DNA of 64,000 bases from an uncultured virus (IMG/VR IMGVR_UViG_3300002092_000039) (Duplodnaviria > Heunggongvirae > Uroviricota > Caudoviricetes). Below, piece after piece: positions 59,124 through 64,000 of this stretch. The notes below the pieces were generated by a model. It worked only from the letters and a program-made list of their open reading frames with translations, did not search any database and was not told the origin of the DNA. Each line of letters opens with the position of its first letter. Within the stretch, counting starts at the first letter, position 1. The stretch lies in IMG/VR virus record IMGVR_UViG_3300002092_000039, one strand, 5' to 3'. A program made the position numbers and the translations under genes.

Positions 59124-59558
59124 ATGAACGCAAGAACTTTTGACCTAACCCCTTTTCACCGTGGAACTATAGGGTTTGAAAATCTAATTAATGTATTAAC
59201 CCATCATCATGCAACTGCATCGAATACTGGGTATCCTCCATACAATATCATACGTGTTGACGAAGACGCTTATCAAATCGAATTAGCAGTTGCTGGATTC
59301 AGTATGATGGAGCTTTCAATTACACAGGAACGCAATGATTTGATCATTGAAGGTACTCCAAACGAACATGAGGATGATATTCCTCTATTTCTACACAAGG
59401 GAATTGCCAATCGTAATTTCATTCGCACATTCAAGATTGCCGAACATGTGGAAGTCAAGGACGCAAGTCTTGAGCTTGGCATTCTAAAGATTACTTTGGA
59501 ACGTAATGTTCCTGAGGAACTACAGCCTAAGAAAATTGCTATTAACTATAAAGCCTAA
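59124..59558 (+). CDS. Small heat-shock protein (Hsp20/IbpA-like)
   Basis: IGF, YPPYNI, IELAVAGF, HKGIA.R.F.R.F, GIL.I.L, PEE..PKKI.I. Confidence 0.95.
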   Translation: MNARTFDLTPFHRGTIGFENLINVLTHHHATASNTGYPPYNIIRVDEDAYQIELAVAGFSMMELSITQERNDLIIEGTPNEHEDDIPLFLHKGIANRNFIRTFKIAEHVEVKDASLELGILKITLERNVPEELQPKKIAINYKA

Positions 59559-59568
59559 TATAACCACT

Positions 59569-59597
59569 ATCATGGCGGGTATACTGCCCGCCATGAT
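59569..59597 (+). terminator. GC-rich hairpin after hsp20
   Basis: atcatggcggg/cccgccatgat; no clear T-run. Confidence 0.55.
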
Positions 59598-59618
59598 TAA
59601 ATAATAGTGATGGGAAAA

Positions 59619-59930
59619 ATGACAACAGAAACCGAAACAACTACACGCATTGCAATTAAACATGATCTGGTTGCGCCGCCTCAATACAAAGTTATATTTG
59701 TCAATGACAGTGTAACTACTGTGGATTTTGTTATGGAAATCTTAGTTACCATATTTGCATATGATGCAGATGGAGCAAAGGATCTTACATTGAAGATTCA
59801 CGAAGAGGGGCAAGCAGTTGTTGCTATTATGCCATATGAATTGGCTGAACAAAAAGCGTTGGAAACAACTGCTATTGCTCGTAGTAACGGTTTTCCACTC
59901 AATGTAAAAATTGAGCCAGTGGTCGTTTAA
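59619..59930 (+). CDS. clpS: ClpAP adaptor ClpS
   Basis: PPQYKVIFVND..TT.DFV, IHEEG.AVV, ELAEQK, GFPL; start could be 59607 or 59610. Confidence 0.92.
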   Translation: MTTETETTTRIAIKHDLVAPPQYKVIFVNDSVTTVDFVMEILVTIFAYDADGAKDLTLKIHEEGQAVVAIMPYELAEQKALETTAIARSNGFPLNVKIEPVVV

Positions 59931-60709
59931 GTTAAAATCATTTTGGGATAATAGAATAAGTTCTGGGGGCTGTCATCTTTACGACCTCTTGGGTGACAAA
60001 CGTATCTTACCCCATCAATTATTTCATCATACTCTTGATGTACATGCCCAAAGCACCAATTTTTAATTTTGCTATTGATATCAAAGTCTAAAATTTTAGG
60101 TAAAAAGCTACTACCACATCTTGAAAAATGTGCGGGATGTTGTGGTTGTTTAACATCATTAAATTTATTGAATGGTGCAGTATGTGTTAGTACAATAATT
60201 TCTGCCACACCTGGATCAGTAGTTAGTTTAGCAACTATCTCACACATATAATGAGCATCTTCTCTGGCAGTATGAAAAATTTCATACAATAATGGATCAC
60301 TATAATGTCCATTATTTAAAAAATAAAAGTACGCTTCTTCCCTGGATATTTCAGGTTCCATAAAATCAAAAGTCCACCAGCCATTTGCTCCAACAAATGC
60401 AGTGCCATCAATGACAATTGCGTTGCGATTTAGGAATGTGATATTTTGATATTTGCTTAATTCATTTTTTAATTGTTGATTATGTTCCTGAAATCCACAT
60501 TGGTTATTATGCTCGTGGTTGCCATCAACAAAAATTACATACTTGTAATGTTTACTAATATCCACAACCGTTCGATAAGTGTCCTCAACATCAAAGTTAA
60601 TGTCACCTAATACTACTGCTATCAAACTGGTACCAATACCTTCCCATTTTATTTTTGCATCATCGGGCCAGAAATTGTTATGCAGATCCGAGACAAGATC
60701 AAACTTCAC
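59927..60709 (-). CDS. Calcineurin-like metallophosphoesterase
   Basis: SDLH, GD, GNHE, THTAP, FGHVH. Confidence 0.9.
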   Translation of the reverse strand: MKFDLVSDLHNNFWPDDAKIKWEGIGTSLIAVVLGDINFDVEDTYRTVVDISKHYKYVIFVDGNHEHNNQCGFQEHNQQLKNELSKYQNITFLNRNAIVIDGTAFVGANGWWTFDFMEPEISREEAYFYFLNNGHYSDPLLYEIFHTAREDAHYMCEIVAKLTTDPGVAEIIVLTHTAPFNKFNDVKQPQHPAHFSRCGSSFLPKILDFDINSKIKNWCFGHVHQEYDEIIDGVRYVCHPRGRKDDSPQNLFYYPKMILT

Positions 60710-61271
60710 GTTGTAATCTCCTATTCAGTTGAGCAAGTATTCTTGCTTCTGACCAAGGTTTACCTTTCATCGAAGATCTGGCAGATCCTTTATCGACCCT
60801 TGTTTTATAAGTTTTTCCTAAATTAACAGGAATACCTTTTTTTGCTTTTGAGATATTGCTATTAACATCTACATCTCTAACTCTTGCTGCCTGACTTAAA
60901 CTCATTTTTAATTTAGTTTTCTCTGAATGAGTTTTACCTTTCCAAGGACCTTCTCTTCCAATACTGGATTTGCTTATTTTAACTTTGGCTTCATTGGTGT
61001 GCCTATATCCAGATATTCCCTCGCCTCCGTTAGTTATGTTACGCAAAATTCCTGATCCTAAATCTTTTCGTCCAAATAATTTTATGTATGCTATTTCTAA
61101 TCTGAAAGCATCGTACTCTAATAGATTTTGTTGTAAAAAAATTATTCTGAGAGGATCTTTAGGAACTTTTACATTGTGCTTTTCAAATGCTCTGTTCTTA
61201 CTACCTTTACCAATATAATATGGGGTGAGATCTTTTTCACGCAGGTAGGCGTAGATGTAGTAAATATTCAT
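60699..61271 (-). CDS. GIY-YIG-family homing endonuclease with NUMOD3 repeats
   Basis: YYIYAYLRE..PYYIGKG..R, LRNITNGGEG, HSEKTKLKMS; paralog of 39616 ORF. Confidence 0.88.
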   Translation of the reverse strand: MNIYYIYAYLREKDLTPYYIGKGSKNRAFEKHNVKVPKDPLRIIFLQQNLLEYDAFRLEIAYIKLFGRKDLGSGILRNITNGGEGISGYRHTNEAKVKISKSSIGREGPWKGKTHSEKTKLKMSLSQAARVRDVDVNSNISKAKKGIPVNLGKTYKTRVDKGSARSSMKGKPWSEARILAQLNRRLQREV

Positions 61272-61335
61272 GCTGTTGCTCCTTTAAAGCGATAGAGTAG
61301 TTGGGACTGCAATCCGCGAACTACGCTTTTATTTA
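61272..61335 (-). ncRNA. Late-promoter-linked structured leader motif, copy 2
   Basis: Minus strand TAAATA-N5-GTAGTT CGC GGAT tgca GTCC C AACTAC TCTA TC GCTTT aaa GGAGC AACAGC ATG. Confidence 0.7.
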
Positions 61336-61391
61336 TTAAATCAAATTTCATTTCTGTTGACACGTTCCAAATAATACTATATAGTTATATC

Positions 61392-61754
61392 ATGCAGATT
61401 ATATTTGACGAAAAAATGGTACCAGAATTGCGTTCCAGATATGTTGTTCTGGAACTGGACACAATCATGCAGCCAGGGATGGAGAAGCCTCTAACTCTGT
61501 ATGCCCTCATTGAAACTATGAATTTGGAAATATTAACCAAGTTACCGGAAATTGTTCAGCAGCACGAAGATATGATTCGTGCATATAAGTCAAATGACTG
61601 GGATACTGCTGAAAGAGAAGCAAAAGCATTGCGTGGTTCTTGGCGTGGTGAGATTGATGAATTCTATGACATACTAATTGAATCTGTCAAGGAAATGCGT
61701 ACATCAAATACTATCTGGACCGGTGTTAAGTTCGTTACTCCAGCCGAGGAATAA
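61392..61754 (+). CDS. Hypothetical protein resembling the C-terminal tail of class III nucleotide cyclases
   Basis: LELDTI..G..KP..LY, Y...DW..A, W.GV. Confidence 0.5.
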   Translation: MQIIFDEKMVPELRSRYVVLELDTIMQPGMEKPLTLYALIETMNLEILTKLPEIVQQHEDMIRAYKSNDWDTAEREAKALRGSWRGEIDEFYDILIESVKEMRTSNTIWTGVKFVTPAEE

Positions 61755-61756
61755 TA

Positions 61757-62527
61757 ATGAGAACATACGCACACGAATGGAAGATTTTTGAATACATACG
61801 CAAGAAGTATGAGCTCAATAAGCCATATGCTCTTGAATGGGGCGGTTGGAAGAAGTGGAATGCACAGGCCAAAGCTGAAAAGCCCATAGTTTATTTCATT
61901 TGTGAGACCATTCCTGATTGGATTGATGACATCACACATTATATTCCAACGCCTATCTCTGATATTCGTTACTATTGTCGTAATCGTTTCAATCGTAAGA
62001 CTCATGTACTGCCCACTGGTTTTAAGCCCGGTGATTATCATGATTTGGATGAGCGTATCCTATATGGTGTAATGAATGGTCTAGTTGACTATGTGGAAGT
62101 TGAGCTTGCCTATAAGAGTCGTTGGTGTAATACTGAGGAAAGCAAAACTGCCAAGTGGCGTAATGGGCGTTGTCCGGAACTTGGACTTGCTCACCTTGCT
62201 TGGGAAATGACTCTTGATGATGAGGAGCTGAATGTAAATGAGCGTAGTGATACACAAGCGCAAACTGCCCGGGAAGTAAAGGCAATTTATGATTGGTGGA
62301 AGGCTCGTCCCAATCGTCCTGATCCGTATGATGTCAGTGGTTGGACTGCTATTTGCGAAGAGGGTAGAGATGCCGGTCTTGATTTCTTAGAAAATGGCGA
62401 CGATGATTATGAGTCACGTAAAAGTGAAGCTCATAAGGTTCTACATCAGATGGAACGAGACTATGAAGCTGAGGATGAGGAAATGCTTATCCGTGTAATC
62501 AAGCGCCGCAAGTCACTGTGGTCTTGA
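61757..62527 (+). CDS. Hypothetical Trp-rich protein
   Basis: GAGGA RBS, full ORF. Confidence 0.75.
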   Translation: MRTYAHEWKIFEYIRKKYELNKPYALEWGGWKKWNAQAKAEKPIVYFICETIPDWIDDITHYIPTPISDIRYYCRNRFNRKTHVLPTGFKPGDYHDLDERILYGVMNGLVDYVEVELAYKSRWCNTEESKTAKWRNGRCPELGLAHLAWEMTLDDEELNVNERSDTQAQTAREVKAIYDWWKARPNRPDPYDVSGWTAICEEGRDAGLDFLENGDDDYESRKSEAHKVLHQMERDYEAEDEEMLIRVIKRRKSLWS

Positions 62528-63266
62528 TAAATTCATTGAAGTAGGCTTCATGTGCAGGTTCCAATGGATGACTGCCAAAGCCCACTTCATAATTATTTTG
62601 TCTGGACCACTCCAATAAACTAGGAGCATGACTCCAGTTTGCGCCCAATGCTATATTTTTAAAAGTTTCAATATAATCATCTGAACTATTCATATTGCTT
62701 GGTTTTGCTGCATCACATGCTGTAAAAAATAGGTAGGGGATATTATTTGACTCAAGATATAGTTTAGTCATTACCATACTTTTTAATGTTTCATAATAGA
62801 ACCAATTATCGTGAGCATATTTTACCAGGTTCCTACTGATTTCTGCAACCCCAATTTTCTCATACCCAACATGTTCTCGTTTAAAATGTACACGTTGTCC
62901 CTCACTCATTGCACCCCAGTGCTGAACTTTCTCATCAAAATCCATACCATGCCAGCCACTTACTGTTAGGAAGTTGTCATACTTTTCTATGTTTTGATTC
63001 TTTTGTTTAGGATATGTTTCAGTTCTATATGGATATGTCCACATAACCATAACAAATAAGTCATCTTTAATGGTTTCACAGTAATGAATACAGCGTCGTG
63101 AAATAGTGCTGTTGCTGCATCCAGGCGCCGCAGCGCAAACATATTCATAATTCAAATGCTTTGCTGCTAATGCTGAGTATGTGGAATTACTATACTTCCT
63201 GCCATTGCTGTCACTTAGATCACTTCCCCAGGTAAAACTGTCACCCACTGCTATTAATTTTGTCAT
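62499..63266 (-). CDS. SGNH/GDSL-like hydrolase
   Basis: GDSFTWG, GCSN, distal HPLEPAH. Confidence 0.65.
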   Translation of the reverse strand: MTKLIAVGDSFTWGSDLSDSNGRKYSNSTYSALAAKHLNYEYVCAAAPGCSNSTISRRCIHYCETIKDDLFVMVMWTYPYRTETYPKQKNQNIEKYDNFLTVSGWHGMDFDEKVQHWGAMSEGQRVHFKREHVGYEKIGVAEISRNLVKYAHDNWFYYETLKSMVMTKLYLESNNIPYLFFTACDAAKPSNMNSSDDYIETFKNIALGANWSHAPSLLEWSRQNNYEVGFGSHPLEPAHEAYFNEFIKTTVTCGA

Positions 63267-63339
63267 ACTTTATTTAAAAAATATAGTACTAGACATCATT
63301 GAAATAGACTGTATAATATACATACATTAAGAGGCATCA

Positions 63340-64000
63340 ATGAAACTCATTATTGTATTAATGGCATTAACATTGGCAGGGTGTACTGCTAATACATTTA
63401 CTGTTGACTCAAGGCGAGGTAATGCACCACAGACGCAAAGCCTTATACAGGCAAGTGAGAGTGTTGGAACAAAATCAAATAGTCCAACATTAATACGTAT
63501 TTTTAAGGAATCACATGAGCTTGAGCTTTGGCGAAAGACTACTAGTGGTGAGTATGCTCTAGTTAGGTCCTACGACATTTGCACATTCAGTGGCGATCTT
63601 GGTCCTAAAAATAAGCAGGGTGACAGGCAAGCACCTGAAGGCTTTTACTCCATTACGTCACATCAGATGAATTACAACAGTATTAGATTCCTAAGTATGA
63701 ATACAGGCTTCCCCAATGACTACGATAGGTTTCATAAGGCAACTGGATCTGCACTTATGATTCATGGTGGATGTGACAGTGCCGGGTGTTATGCAATCCA
63801 AGATGGGCCCATGCAGGAAGTATTTACAGCAGTTCGTGATTCATTAAAAGCAGGGCAAAAGTCAGTACAGTTGCAAATCTATCCATATCGTATGAGTAAA
63901 TGGGCAATGATAACTCATAAGTCAAAGCATGAGGATTTTTGGCATCAGCTTAAATTTGGATACGATAAGTTTGAATCTACTAGACGAGAACTGGATGTCA
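63340..64000 (+). CDS. L,D-transpeptidase family lipoprotein (YafK/DpaA-like), runs off window end
   Basis: Not in ORF track; MKLIIVLMALTLAGC lipobox, IRIFKESHELELW, GPK.KQGD.QAPEGFY, TGSALMIHGGCDSAGCY. Confidence 0.9.
   Translation, partial: MKLIIVLMALTLAGCTANTFTVDSRRGNAPQTQSLIQASESVGTKSNSPTLIRIFKESHELELWRKTTSGEYALVRSYDICTFSGDLGPKNKQGDRQAPEGFYSITSHQMNYNSIRFLSMNTGFPNDYDRFHKATGSALMIHGGCDSAGCYAIQDGPMQEVFTAVRDSLKAGQKSVQLQIYPYRMSKWAMITHKSKHEDFWHQLKFGYDKFESTRRELDV

Noticed and set aside
57902..61326. Hairpin motif as a REP/IS200-type end (GTAG)
   Set aside because: GTAG is part of the stem, is absent in copy 1, and no HUH transposase is present in the window.
1..64000. CRISPR array or diversity-generating retroelement
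   Set aside because: No regularly spaced repeat-spacer units, no reverse transcriptase and no TR/VR pair seen; the repeats found are intragenic and in frame.
1..64000. Alternative genetic code / stop-codon reassignment
   Set aside because: Core genes are full length in the standard code and coding density is high.

Overview
This window is a 64-kb segment of a large, distantly T4-like myovirus genome. It contains terminase, gp32, UvsX/UvsY/UvsW, a gp62-like clamp-loader subunit, primase, helicase, NrdAB with glutaredoxin, head and tail genes, PAAR, and TA(A/G)ATA-type late promoters. Several markers point to an alphaproteobacterial host, probably Hyphomicrobiales/Rhizobiales: a circularly permuted two-piece tmRNA, a Usg-family gene, an Omp25/RopB-like porin and a ROSE-type leader on the small heat-shock gene. 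Accessory genes include three radical-SAM proteins, a galactofuranose/glycan cluster, six HNH or GIY-YIG endonucleases, four peptidoglycan enzymes, tRNA-Ala, bS21, Hsp20 and ClpS. The most notable observations are: (1) a three-copy covarying hairpin motif placed exactly 5 nt after a late promoter, heading two GIY-YIG genes and also present once as an orphan; (2) the phage-borne permuted tmRNA within a translation/proteostasis gene set; (3) widespread leaderless gene architecture; (4) an OMP with an N-terminal Ala-Asp motif together with an L,D-transpeptidase-family gene; (5) candidate capsid-targeted cargo, including a nucleotidyltransferase; and (6) a 193-aa mini-DnaE. All calls come from reading motifs by eye; no database searches were run.
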